From Octopus sinensis (Eukaryota), in the NCBI RefSeq assembly GCF_006345805.1, contig NC_043006.1:66402001-66466000 (forward strand): a stretch of 64,000 nucleotides of DNA. The letters run 5' to 3'. Shown in pieces: positions 24,651-37,782 of this stretch. The notes beneath the pieces are model-generated. The model had not been told where the DNA came from. It saw nothing but the letters and a program-made list of their open reading frames with translations, and ran no database searches. Each line of letters opens with the position of its first letter. Position 1 is the first letter of the stretch. Made by a program: the position numbers and the translations under genes.

Positions 24651-25382
24651 TTACTTCATAATATACAAATTGTACAAATAAGTTAAATTACTAACATTTG
24701 TCACTAAACTATTTATAATAGCAGACAGATGGTTAGAGTTTATAATCACTGACTACGTGTTTATTCGGTCTCGCAAACTGGTAATATTTATTGGTTTTTA
24801 AATTGAAGTTAACATCTAAGAAATTACCTATATGTAAATTCATATTAACATTAATCATCATTTGTAAATCGCTCACAAGCTCAAAGAAATTTCCCACCAA
24901 AAACCACAAAACACTTTGCTACGGATATTCGTAATCATATGTCTGACATTTGGATTTACAGCACAATATATATTCATTTTCATTTCATTTCATCTAGTTT
25001 CAGCTCACGAGCTGTGGCCATGCTGGGGCACATCGACTTTACGTTATTACCCCCCCCCATTTTTACTCGTTTTAGTCACTGGACTGCTGCCATGCTGGAG
25101 CATCGCCTTCAAAAGGTTCAAATCGATCCCAGTGTTTATTTTTTCTTGAACTCTTGCAATTATTCTATCCATCTCTTTTGCTGAACCGCCAAGTTTGATT
25201 TGTATTATTACACTCGTTTGAGAATCGGAATCGTGGACACGATTTCTGAAGCGTAGACTTCAAATAAATTTTATAGATTTACTCTAAACCATAGTATTGA
25301 ATTTTTTCACTCGGTTATGTAAGACTGATGCGTGATTTCTTCCCCCCTCCCTCTCTCCCCCCTCCCGCTCTCTCTCTCTCTA

Positions 25383-25457
<75 letters not shown>

Positions 25458-25458
25458 G

Positions 25459-25501
<43 letters not shown>

Positions 25502-25591
25502 GTATTTGTAAAGAAGCCTATATATTTAGATAGATTTTCTTTAACTCACTCAAGCGCGCGCGTACATACACACACATATATATAGTATATA

Positions 25592-25643
<52 letters not shown>

Positions 25644-25720
25644 TGTATGTATATATATCTATGTATGTATATATATGTATGCATATATCTGTATGTATAT
25701 ATATATATATGTATGTATAT

Positions 25721-26009
25721 ATATCGTACATATATACACACGAGTATGTATATGTATATAATATACAATTCACAAAACCAATCGTTTGTACACAATACAA
25801 GCATGTATATGCGTGTGTTTATGCACATATATATGTTGTATATATGTATATATATATAATATATATTTTATATATATCTATGATGTATATATCGTACATA
25901 TATACACCGAGTATGTATATGTATATAATATACAATTCACAAAACCAATCATTTGTACACAATACAAGCATGTATATGCGTTGTGTTTATGCACATATAT
26001 ATGTTTGTA

Positions 26010-26030
<21 letters not shown>
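25721..26030. repeat. Tandem duplication, ~168-bp period
   Basis: atcgtacatatatac..tacaattcacaaaaccaatc..gtacacaatacaagcatg at 25723 and 25891. Confidence 0.85.
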
Positions 26031-26066
<36 letters not shown>

Positions 26067-26173
26067 TATAGTCATTTGTACATACATTTATGCACATATG
26101 CGTATATTTACATGTATATGTATATATATGAAGAGTTAGTGTTTATATAATATATATATATATATATATAGGA

Positions 26174-26204
<31 letters not shown>

Positions 26205-26467
26205 GGGGAGGAAGTAAGGGAGGCTATTTGCAACTAGTGATACAATAAAACAACAGAAAAAGCAGTTAGAGAGAGATAATAAAAGGAGGCGGAGGAATAA
26301 AAATAACCCGAAAAACCGTATGTGTTCAACTCTCTCAAAGCTACAACAATTGTGGATAATGCTGAGCTTCTTACGAGTGAAGTTGGCTTAGAAAAGCTTT
26401 TGAAATTAGTCTAATTTCATTTTCTAAGTGTTCTTTACAACCTACCGAATATTACACAGAAGCAGGA

Positions 26468-26505
<38 letters not shown>

Positions 26506-27021
26506 CGCCATTGCAGTCTCTCTTATTTTGTTTCCTATTGATTTTCTTTCTGTTTTCTTTTCATCCTCTTGGCAATTTTTCTTTGATATATTCCACACAC
26601 ATCTATCCGTCCGTCTGTTTGTTGGTCCATCTCTCCATCGATCATGTCCGTCCATCCATCCATCCATCCATCTATCCACCCATCCATCCATCCATCCATC
26701 CATCCATCCATCCTTCCTTCCTTCCTTCCTTCCATCCATCCATCCTTCCTTCCTTCCTTCTAGTCCAGTATCCAAACGTCCGCCCGTTGTTTTGCATTCG
26801 TTTTCTGTTTTACATTTGTGAATATTTTCCCCCTCGTTTTCGGAAAATGTGCTGAAGTGCTCTAATCAGTGTAAAGAGCAACACATGCGGCCGTGTATAA
26901 TAGTTTGTGTATGCGCGTGTATGTATGTATGTATGTATGTATGTATGTATGTATGTATGTATGTATGTATGTATGTATGTATGTATGTATGTATGTATGT
27001 ATGCATGTATGTATATATATA

Positions 27022-27057
<36 letters not shown>

Positions 27058-27157
27058 CATATATATATATACATATATATATGTATGTATATATATATAT
27101 ATATATACATATATATACATATATCTATACATATACATATATATTATATATATGTAT

Positions 27158-27188
<31 letters not shown>

Positions 27189-28251
27189 CATATATCTATA
27201 CATATATATATAAACACACAGACACACACACACACAAACACACACACACATATATATCTTCCACTTAGCGTGGAATTTGTACCAGAGCACAGAATACTGC
27301 GTCATTTACCATGTGATGACCTATCACGTGGACTCATATTTATAAGGTTGACGGGGAATAAACGTCGGCTGCGTCTACTGGAACTGCCAAAGGACATGAT
27401 TTTGCCCTTCCTTGAGCTTGTCAATGATAAACGTCAAGTGGGGACATAGAATCCCTTCCCCCCTTTCAACGATATGTAGAATATCAATGTGAACTCAGGC
27501 GCTGGTGACGCAGATAGCCAGTGGGCTTATTAAAAATTAATTAATGACGACAAAATGTGATACTTGTCTCCAACTGAAACTGTAAGCTCTGCTAGAACAC
27601 GAAACACTGCATTAATTACCATACAAGGGCCTCTTATATGAACTGATGGCGCATGAAAGCACGCGTCATTATATCGTTGACGGGCAATGTAGATATATGA
27701 TCAGCTTTGACCAATAGAGGCTCTAAGCAGCACACAACTAAATCTTTAACGACATTTTTAACAAAAAACGTGGCAAGTTGATAACCACGGATAAAAACCA
27801 TTTCTGATGTTGTTCTCTGGCACTGTATCATGTGTGGGCCGTTCCTTTTTAATGACAATGAAGACAAATTTCGGTAGATTTGGCTGCCGTTTCTTGCAGA
27901 TACTGAATAGGAAACCATTTCCTGAAACTCGGACAATTACAATATCTTTTTGGATAAAACCATAGAATACTGAAAGCAGAGAGAATATCTAATTTTTAAA
28001 CAGAGTTTGCTTGCAATATTCTATCTGGAAATGTTTCAACTTATAACTGAGAACATGAATCAGTCTGTCTAATTGTCCGTTTGTCTGGCAATCTGTCGAT
28101 TTATCTAGCAAGCTAGTAACAATGTATGGAAGTATGTATGTATGTATGTATGTATGTATGTATGTATGTATGTATGTATGTATGTATGTATGTATGTATG
28201 TATATTATGTATGTATGCATATATGTATGTATGTATGTATGTATATGTCTT

Positions 28252-28325
<74 letters not shown>

Positions 28326-28759
28326 AATCTATGTAACTGTCTACCTATCTACATATCTCTTTGTCTGTCCATCCGTCTATCTGTCAGTCCTCCTGCACAC
28401 ATTCGTACATGGATTTATCTACAGATAAAGAGACTCATAAATGTATGGCGCAGTGGAATATGGAGGATGAGACAAATGGCGGGAAAGAGGACAGCACCAA
28501 CACGTGACCAGAACTGGAGGAACGTGAAACCTAATGCTTAGCTAAACGAGACAAATGGAAATGGAAGCTGTCACTTAATAGTCACGAAATTAGAAACTGC
28601 AGCCACCAGCAGACTTCTTTTTCTGTATTACTTGTTTTAGTCATTGGTCTGCGACCATACTGGGGAACTGCCGGTGAGGGTTTAGTCAAACAAATCCACC
28701 TTGGTACTTACCTTTCAGTCTGGTACTTATTCTATCGTTTTTTTCCCTGACCCGCAACG

Positions 28760-28796
<37 letters not shown>

Positions 28797-28809
28797 ATAT
28801 ATATATATA

Positions 28810-29190
28810 CAAAATAAGAAAATGGAGAAAAACATCTAAATCATTTATCAACTACCAGATAATACCCAATCATATACTTTATTAGACTACTACATAAGAA
28901 CATTAGGGTTAAACATAAAAATATATAACAAAACAGCGTACATGAATGAGTAATACAATACAAAAAGTACAATCATTATAAGAGGGTATAAATAAATAAA
29001 TATAAATAGATATAAATATAAATATACACTATATCTTACAGCTGTTTCGGCCATGCAGATAAATATGCCTCATTTTACCTATATTAGCCATGTATAGTAT
29101 GCCAATATGAAGTTAAAATTGAGACATTCACAAAGATATCGTAAGGCCTCTTCGGAGGTGTGGGTACATACCCATAATAAATCATTTATA
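28810..29190 (-). mobile_element. Penelope-type pLTR-like repeat with a hammerhead-like core (family H2)
   Basis: CCGAAGA-GGCC-(~90 nt)-GGCC-GAAA-CAGCTG-TA at 29031-29161, with AATAAA downstream. Confidence 0.55.
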
Positions 29191-29744
29191 TATATATATA
29201 TATGAGTGCATATAATCATATTGTTATACATACACATATATATATACATAATAATACAAATAATATAAATCATTAAAATATATATGTTCCATATTCAATG
29301 TTTTTCAACTTAATATTAAGATATTACAACGTAGAGAACATAGACATATTCATACTTCAATGCAGATATTTAGAGTCAGTATTACCTTATATTAATTTAC
29401 AAAAAGTCATTAATGTTAATATCAATACTGTTATCAATATCATTAATGCTACCAATATCATTGTTTTTATTTCCAATAACATTAATACTAATAAAACAAT
29501 ATATATATCACATAATTAGCAATATAGTAGCACAACTAGGGACCAACATAATACCACAGTATTATGCAAGGCGTTAAATATTTGCACATACATACAAAAA
29601 GCAGTCAAGTCAAACAGTTTACATGGTGTTAATTTCCACAGAACATTTATGTATTAACTTTGTTGGGTACTTCACTAGCAGTATATTGGATATATGTTAT
29701 CCCATGGAGGGTTGAATTTGCAACCCCTATCTCAATTTGTATAT

Positions 29745-29828
<84 letters not shown>

Positions 29829-29843
29829 CACACACACACACAC

Positions 29844-29881
<38 letters not shown>

Positions 29882-29887
29882 TATATG

Positions 29888-30120
29888 TATGTGTGTGTAT
29901 GTTTGTGTGTCTGTGTCCCCCCCCCCAACATCGCTTGACGACCGATGCTGGTGTGTTTACGTCCCCGTACCTTTGCGGTTCGGCTAAAGAGACCGATAGA
30001 ATAAGTACTAAGCTTACGAAGAGTAAGTCCTGTGGTCGATTTGCTAGACTAAAAAGGCGGTGCTCCAGCATAACCGCAGTCAAACGACTGAAACAAGTAA
30101 AAGAATAAAAGAAAACAGAA
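29888..30120 (+). mobile_element. SINE family B, 3' half
   Basis: ccaacatcgcttgacgaccgatgctggtgtg..ggtgctccagcataaccgcagtc. Confidence 0.8.
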
Positions 30121-30130
30121 TACATACATG

Positions 30131-31415
30131 CAGGGATTGGACAAAATAATGGAAACACCTTAAAATTTCAAACGAATTTATTTTAATATGGGTTAGGAGT
30201 GACTTTGGCAGTAATTACAGCTTGAATTCTACGAGGTACGGACTTGTACAAAGTTTGAATTGTTTCCAAAGGAAGTTTTGTCCATTCTTTAGCTAAAACA
30301 GTCTCCAGTTTTTGTAGAGATAATGGTGGAGGTGATCGACTCACTCCTTACTTGTTTTTAATGCACCATAAATGTTCAATAATATTGAGATCTAGGGACT
30401 GTTGTGGCCAGATAAGATGTTCAACTTCTCTAGAATTTTTCTTGTGCCATTCAGTAACAACTTTAGCTGTGTGAATTGGTGCATTATCATCCTGAAAGAT
30501 TGCGGTCCCCTCCAGAAACAGTTCCGCAACCATAGGATGAATTTGATCAGATAAAATGCTTAAATAGTCTTGACTATTAATTCTGTTGTAAAGGGAAACC
30601 ATTATGCTGGTGGATTTCCAAGATATAGCCCCCGTCCAAAATCATCACACATCCTCCTCTATGTTTAACAGTTGGTAGAAGGCAGTCTGGGTCAAATGCG
30701 TCTTGTGGCTGTCTCCACACGTATACTTGGCCAGTGGTCGGAAATAATATAAAGGATGACTCATTCGAGAAAATAAAATTCTTCCATTGCTCTAGGGACC
30801 AATTCTGTGGGTTTTTACTCCACTCTAAACGATTTACAACGTTTGTTTTTGAAAGTAGTGGTTTTCTGATTGCAGCCCTCCTGTGAAATCCGGCTTTGTG
30901 CAGCTCCTGGCGAACAGTTTTTGTGGAAAATGGGTTCTCCAGGTAGTCATTAATTTCTGCAATAATTTTAGAAGCTTTTCTTTTGTAGCAATTTCTAACA
31001 ATTTCTAACAATTCACGTATGAGTCCGACGGTCCCTATCTGAAACTTTTGGTTTTTCTTCCGGAGTTTTGTTTCGACGAGGAGGTTTTTCCCTCTTTATC
31101 AAAAGCTGTCATTACTTTCAGGACAGCACTTCTTGATACGCCAAACATTTCAGCTGTTTTTGTTACGCTAGCGCCTGCCACACGAGCATCAACAATTTGA
31201 CCTCTTTAAAAGTCCGATAGATCTGTCGTTTTAATGAAGTTTAATTACCATTTTTTTGATATCTGAAAAGAAACAGCAATTTTAGTAAAATATATTAAGC
31301 AACACTAATAATAAATCAAAACACATAAAATAAACAAGCTTTTGACAGTTTTATAGATATTTCAAAATTATGATGCTATGATGCTAGGTGTTTCCATTAT
31401 TTTGTCAAACACCTG
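30131..31415 (-). mobile_element. Tc1-family DNA transposon, full length, decayed transposase
   Basis: ~30-bp TIRs cagg..gacaaaataatggaaacacct (30131-30160 and 31386-31415). Transposase motifs RKPLL, FSNES, QDDNAPIH, SLDLNIIE; stops and frameshifts present. Confidence 0.9.
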
Positions 31416-31436
31416 TATATAGATAGATAGAAAGAT

Positions 31437-31483
<47 letters not shown>

Positions 31484-31837
31484 GGAGAGAGAGAGTTAAA
31501 CATATAGATAGAGAGACTGACAGACAGAAAAATAGAAATATAGAAAGATGAATAATAGATAAATAAGCGATGAATATATAGGGGTCACTCGATCTATAGG
31601 TAGAGGGATGGTTACAAGACAGCCAGAAAGATAGGCAGAAATATAGATAGATAGACAGATAAGCAGGTAAGAGGCAGAAAGATAGACTGATTGATTGATA
31701 GACAAACTTGCTAGATATATAAATAGGTAGATGGATAGGCAGGGAAAAAGCTAACGCTCATGGGAATGTAGACAGACAAATCGATAAATACATAGAACTA
31801 AACCTATAAAGATAGGCCAACAAATAGACACAGATAA

Positions 31838-31882
<45 letters not shown>

Positions 31883-32519
31883 CTGAAAGACAGGCATAAC
31901 TAGACAGATAGATATATAGGTGGATAGATGGATAGATAGAAGTAAAGCTAGAAAGATAGGGAGACAGATAATTAGCTAGATAGATAATCCTACTTATCTA
32001 ACCTATAACCTAGTAACAATGTATATTTTCCCCACTTCTTTTTTTTATCGTTCTTTTCAGTAATCCTTTAATAATTTCGTTCCGTTGTAAATTTATCCTG
32101 TTTCCATTCCTTGTTATATGCATAACCTCAAATCATACTAATTTTCATTGAACGGACAACAGTTGAGGATTGCAGACAAGGTTGCCGGTGAAAGCTGACC
32201 GCTGGCTTTACACCGGATCAGCGAGACAATAGAATACAGCATTGCTATGTCCAGCACACTGCATGCGTGTGTCATTCAAATATATTTAATATTGGTATTG
32301 AGGTTGGCTCTGTACACACACGAATTCGCAAATGTTTACTCGCTCTATGTACCAGCAAACATGTTTTCCACTTGAAGCAGAGACTAATATATGGTTAAAG
32401 GAGATTCGGAAGAATACACACACACACAATCACACACACATTTACCTACCTACATACAAACGTACACTCTGCTCTCTTGATATTATCCACCATATTGTTT
32501 GTCTTGTTCTTGTTCAGAT

Positions 32520-32664
32520 TGTCTTCTTCTTCTTCTTCTTCTTCTTTGACTTCTTTTCCTTCCCAAAGGGATTTGATGTTGTTGGTGATGATGATGATGA
32601 TGATGATGATATTAATGATGGTGATGATAATGGTGATGACGATGATGTTGTTCATGATGATGAT

Positions 32665-32704
<40 letters not shown>

Positions 32705-32874
32705 AATGATTTTGATGGGAATGATGACGTCGCCGACGAAAACGACGGTGATGAGGACGATGGTAAAAAGAAGAAGAAGAAGAAGAAGAAGAAGAAGAAG
32801 AAGAAGAAGAAGAAGAAGAAGAAGAAGAAGAAGAAGAGAAGAAGAAGAAGAAGAAGAAGAAGAAGAAGAAGAAG

Positions 32875-32905
<31 letters not shown>

Positions 32906-32990
32906 CGATGCTGGTGTTGGGTGCTGGTGATGATAACGGCTTAGTAAAGAGAGGAAGAACATAAAAAACAAAAGTAGTAGTAGTAGTAAC
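32520..32990. repeat. Stacked trinucleotide microsatellites (TTC)(GAT)(AAG)(TAG)
   Basis: Directly visible. Confidence 0.9.
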
Positions 32991-33330
32991 AGCAATAATC
33001 TGATTGGTGATAAAAAATAAGAAATTTTACAGAAGTGTCAATCTGGTCTGTAAAGAGCAGATTATCTCCCCTTAAATAACGTCTGCTCGTGTCATTTTTC
33101 TGGCTTCCGCTGTGATGTCTGGATGTCTGATTTTTATGTGGATGTGTGTGTATATGTGTGTGTGTGTGAGTGTGTGTGTGCGCGTATGAGTGTGTTAGTG
33201 TCGGTATGTCACTTGCTGTATACAATTGGTTCGTACACGTAGAAGCAGGTCCGAGATTTCGGCATGACGAATTACGATTACGCTATTTTCGCGCATACAA
33301 GAACAAAATTTACAACCAAATAAATGAATA

Positions 33331-33362
<32 letters not shown>

Positions 33363-33731
33363 GAGAAGATGGAAAGAATGAAAGAAAGAAAGAAAGAAAA
33401 GATAGATCAATTTATACATCAAGACGACTTTGGAAGACCATAAGTTCTATGCGAAATGCGACAGGAATTGGAAAGACAGCGTCTAAGAATCTTTGAATGT
33501 TTACGCTGCATGTTTACTCTAAATACTAGGTCGATTTGAATGCTGGAAAATACGGAATTGAAATACCTTTGTGTGCATACTCACGCACACAAACACACAC
33601 AAACACACACACACACGCACGCACTCACGTACGCACATAAATTCCTTACTTGTATTGAACTCTCTAGAGCTGATAGAGTCATGAGCTGTGAAGTCGCAGA
33701 GGAACCGATGTGATGTACGCCATACATTCGT

Positions 33732-33940
33732 TTCTAGTCTAGGCACAAGTCCTGAAATTTGGCGGGATCGGGGCCAGTCGATTAGATCGACCTCAGTACG
33801 CAACTGGTGCTTAATTTATCTACCCTGAAAGGATGGAAGGCAAAATCGACCTCGACGGAATTTGAGCTGAGAAGTAAAGACGGACGAAATACCGCTAAAC
33901 ATTTCGCCCAGCATGCTAACGTTTCTGCCAGCTCGTCGCC
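33732..33940 (-). mobile_element. SINE family A, tail type 2, lying between two ~95-bp direct repeats
   Basis: Head ggcgacgagctggcag, tail ttgtgcctagactagaaa. Confidence 0.8.
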
Positions 33941-34136
33941 TTATACGCACATAAAAGCCTTACTTGTAGTGGACTCTCCACAGCTGATGGAATCTGAGTT
34001 GTGGAGTCGTAAAGGAACCGATGTGATGCTTGCCATACAGTGAACATCTAATCATGGTGGAACCATATCCTCGGCTAGACTCATTAAATCTGATTACTTC
34101 TTGCAAGAGAGAGAGAGAGGGAGAGAGAGAGAGAGA

Positions 34137-34204
<68 letters not shown>

Positions 34205-34405
34205 CGATGGGGAGAGAAGAACGAAAAGGGGAGAAAAATAAAGGCATTGATCCTATCCTGTTCTCAACTGGAAAGATATATTGATCGACCTCGAAATAAT
34301 GAAAGGCAGAACCGAGTAAAGCATTATTTCAAATAAATGCCGACTGATTCAGAACGTGAACCGGAAGTTATCATATATGACGCATTAACAACTGCGCCGA
34401 CTCTC

Positions 34406-34476
<71 letters not shown>

Positions 34477-34504
34477 GTCTGTCTGTCTGTCTGACTGTCT
34501 GTCT

Positions 34505-35798
34505 GACCGTCGTGCCTTGTCCCGATCGTGCCATTACCAAACTGGAACGCATATCTTCTGCTTTTTGTAGAAGGGAAGCGTTCCGATTGTTAGGCGATCC
34601 ATTTGCTGTCAACACACGCTAAATGGCGGGCTAGGCATGCCGCGGACGATGATGGACAGACATGCGCTGTGACTGCGACATCCCCGTCGTTTCAAAGACG
34701 GCGGTGAACAGGTGTGGTCGCCGTTTGTGCGGGGCGCTTTCCCGCAACTCGTCTCTTTGGCCGAACTGCAGTCGTAGGTCAAACTGAGACCGAGGCTAGA
34801 CAAATGGCACTGCGAGTGCTGCCTTGCTTTCAAGCAACTCAGCTGTACAGGACCAAACTTGTGTAACTTCAATTCCACAAAGGCGTTCTATAGAGGATTA
34901 GTGGAGGAGAGGTGTGGTGACGTTCTCGGGCAGAATCTGGGCGTCGACGGGGAACACCTGACCCGCCTGTTCAGGAAAACTTTCGGGCCGGGACATATGG
35001 AAAATTACCAGAGATGCCTGACCTGGTAGTGCTATCGAGAAGCATTACCCGTTCGGAATAAGCTCTACTGACACGCTTCGTGACACACCGGACCGACTTG
35101 CCCGAGATGCGGTCAGAACAAGGAAGCCGTTCTGCACGAACTCGTGCAGTGTCCAACCATTTCGGACCTGTGGGCTCATGCCGAACGGCTGCTGTCACTT
35201 GTGGGACAAGTCCGCCTGTCGCCCGAGTCTATCGTGCTCCGCCACCTTCCTTTAATGGGAAGGCAAGGCAGTCTTCATTGTATTGCTGAAAGAATGTATG
35301 TGGTGGACGCGAGCGAAATGTTTAGAGACAAACCCTTACCTCTCAGGCCAATCGCTCATCAACTTTTTCAAGTACCATTTAAAAAGGAAGGTGAGAATGG
35401 AGAGGCAAGTTTTGTCTCGTGAAAGTTTCAATAAAAGGTGGGTGAATGTAGCAAAGATGGTGCGTGCGAGTGACGAAACCACTTTGAGCATGATCCTGTA
35501 AATCGAAAAAAGAGAGAGGGAGAGCACTTTGCTCTCATGTGTTTATTTCCACCCTGCCTGAGGTTGCCGTGGTCTTTTCTGTAGGCTTCTCTTTCCACGG
35601 ATAAACCTAATCTTGTTTTTTGCACTTTAAAATTTTTTCTGTGATTCATGATGCTTTTTGATCTTTGTGTTTTTTTTTCTCCCGATCCCTTTTGATCGAA
35701 ATTTTAATTCTTTCCTTTGTTTTCTATTCTGGAAATGAAAAGTTCTACATTGTATTTTGTTCTCTCTGTGTTCGATCCTGTGTGGCTAATAAAGAAAC

Positions 35799-35800
<2 letters not shown>
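34505..35800 (+). mobile_element. Tx1/L1-clade LINE 3' fragment
   Basis: Decayed KGSVPIVRRSICCQH.LNGGLGMP, ALPVRNKLY, CPRCGQNKEAVLHELVQCP..LW (zf-RVT-like), RWVNVAKMV..SMIL*. T-rich 3' UTR ending aataaagaaac. (CTAT)n(CTGT)n on both flanks. Confidence 0.85.
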
Positions 35801-35892
<92 letters not shown>

Positions 35893-36238
35893 GTCTATCT
35901 ATCTGTCTGTCTGTCTGTCTACACCTCCACACATATATACATGTATTTGAAAAAATGCGTAGAGATGGCTTTCTTTTTGGTGGTTGGGTAGGGGGATAAT
36001 TTTAATTTTGATAGTAATGTTTACAGTGAGTTACACTGGTCATGGGTTTCAAGCTTCAAATAGCCGACTGATTGGAAACGGCTCTTTGAAGCTTCAAACT
36101 CTCAACAGAGGAACTCACTGTTAACATTATCCGCCACCCCAACAAAAGCCATCTCTACTCATTTTTTCAAATATATAATTTTGTATCAAGAACGTTCTTT
36201 TTATTATTCTACTATGTGTATGTGTGTGTGTGTAAGTA

Positions 36239-36274
<36 letters not shown>

Positions 36275-36354
36275 AATGTATGTATATATATGTGCAGACT
36301 TGTGTGTTTTGCTTTATGCATGTATTTGCATATCTAGACACGATCATATATACT

Positions 36355-37020
36355 ACAATGATAAACATCCGGTAAGTTTTACAGATTTTTACAGTTCCAC
36401 TGATGGATTGGATCTGTAGTCAACGAATTAACTTTCTCCTTTCTGGTTTTGAGAAGCCTAACTTCTCAAGATTGGTATTTAGGCAGTGTGTTACATATCC
36501 CAGGTCTCCAATAACTACAGATATAAACCTGAACTTGTAATCTGGATAGAGTAACTACAGAATTCTCAATTGTTTAACATAGGTAATCTCTTTTTCACTG
36601 ATCTTCAGCTTTATGTTAACATCCGCTGCGCAGGTAATTTCCACAACTGTACACAGTTTCTCTTCTCTATCCCAAATCATTATATCAGGTCTGTTGTGCT
36701 TAGATTTCATTGATGTTTACTCTGGAGCATTCCACCAGTACTCCTTTTTATTATGAGTACACCTTTTTATTATGGATTCCACCATACGGTGGGTTCTTAC
36801 TTTTTTGTCCTCGGGGTTATCATTCCGACGAATTTCATTATACAGTAACCTAGCTACAATACCATGTCTCATCGGTAGGTAATACCAGATGACATTTTCG
36901 CACAACTGCTTATGATGTGGGCGATGCCTTTGGTGTTAACTCCACAAAGTCTGTATTGGTCGTCACACTTTGCTGCTTTATGTATGTTTGCTTACATATC
37001 TACGAATAGAAACATACATT
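36355..37020 (-). mobile_element. RLE-type non-LTR retrotransposon 3' fragment (family 2)
   Basis: YRLCGVNTKGIAHIISSC, YLPMRHGIVA, HNRPDIMIWDRE, EITCAADVNI, SISGTVKICKT. Confidence 0.8.
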
Positions 37021-37075
37021 CATAGGCATGCATACAGTAATGTCTCACTTTTCAAAGTTATCTCTACAGACTCGT

Positions 37076-37245
37076 CAGGCGTAGGAGTGGCTGTGTGGTA
37101 AGTAGCATGTTTACCAACCACATGGTTCCGAGTTCAGTCCCACTGCGTGGCACCTTGAGCAAGTGTCTTCTGCTGTAGCCTCAGGCTGACCAAAGTCTTG
37201 TGAGTGGATTTGGTAGACGAAAACTGAAAGAAGCCCGTCATATAC

Positions 37246-37329
<84 letters not shown>

Positions 37330-37435
37330 TGTGTGTGTATGTTTGTGTGTCTGTGTTTGTCCCCCCAATATCGCTTGATAACCGATGCTGGTGTGTTTAC
37401 GTCCCCGTAACATAGCGGTTCGGTAAAAGAGACTT
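37076..37435 (+). mobile_element. SINE family B
   Basis: ggagtggctgtgtggtaag..gagttcagtcccactgcgtggc..gcggttcggtaaaagagac. Confidence 0.85.
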
Positions 37436-37782
37436 TTTATAGACGTTAGAGCCAGCATATATCAAGAGTTATCGTTCGTGGATCGGTTAGATGAGGAGCT
37501 GAAGAAGGAGCGAGAACTCATAAAATTTTCAAATACACCCGTTATCTATTTTTCCATTTTCGATCGTATTGTTTACATAGAAGTATTCGTTTATGAAACA
37601 TTCACAGCTGCCTCTAATTACTCTAGAAAAGTTATATAGATAACTTTAAAAAGTCATTGAATCGCACTGCTAACACAGGTAGGACCTAGTATTGACATTT
37701 AAGCCTTTGATTACCATGGTAGTATATCATTGTTGCGTAATGAAATATAGTGTCACCACCAGCGATTAACAGTAGTTGTTTA

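Noticed and set aside
27634-27936. 100-aa ORF in unique sequence
   Set aside because: Starts at a non-ATG codon, with no motif and no supporting splice sites.
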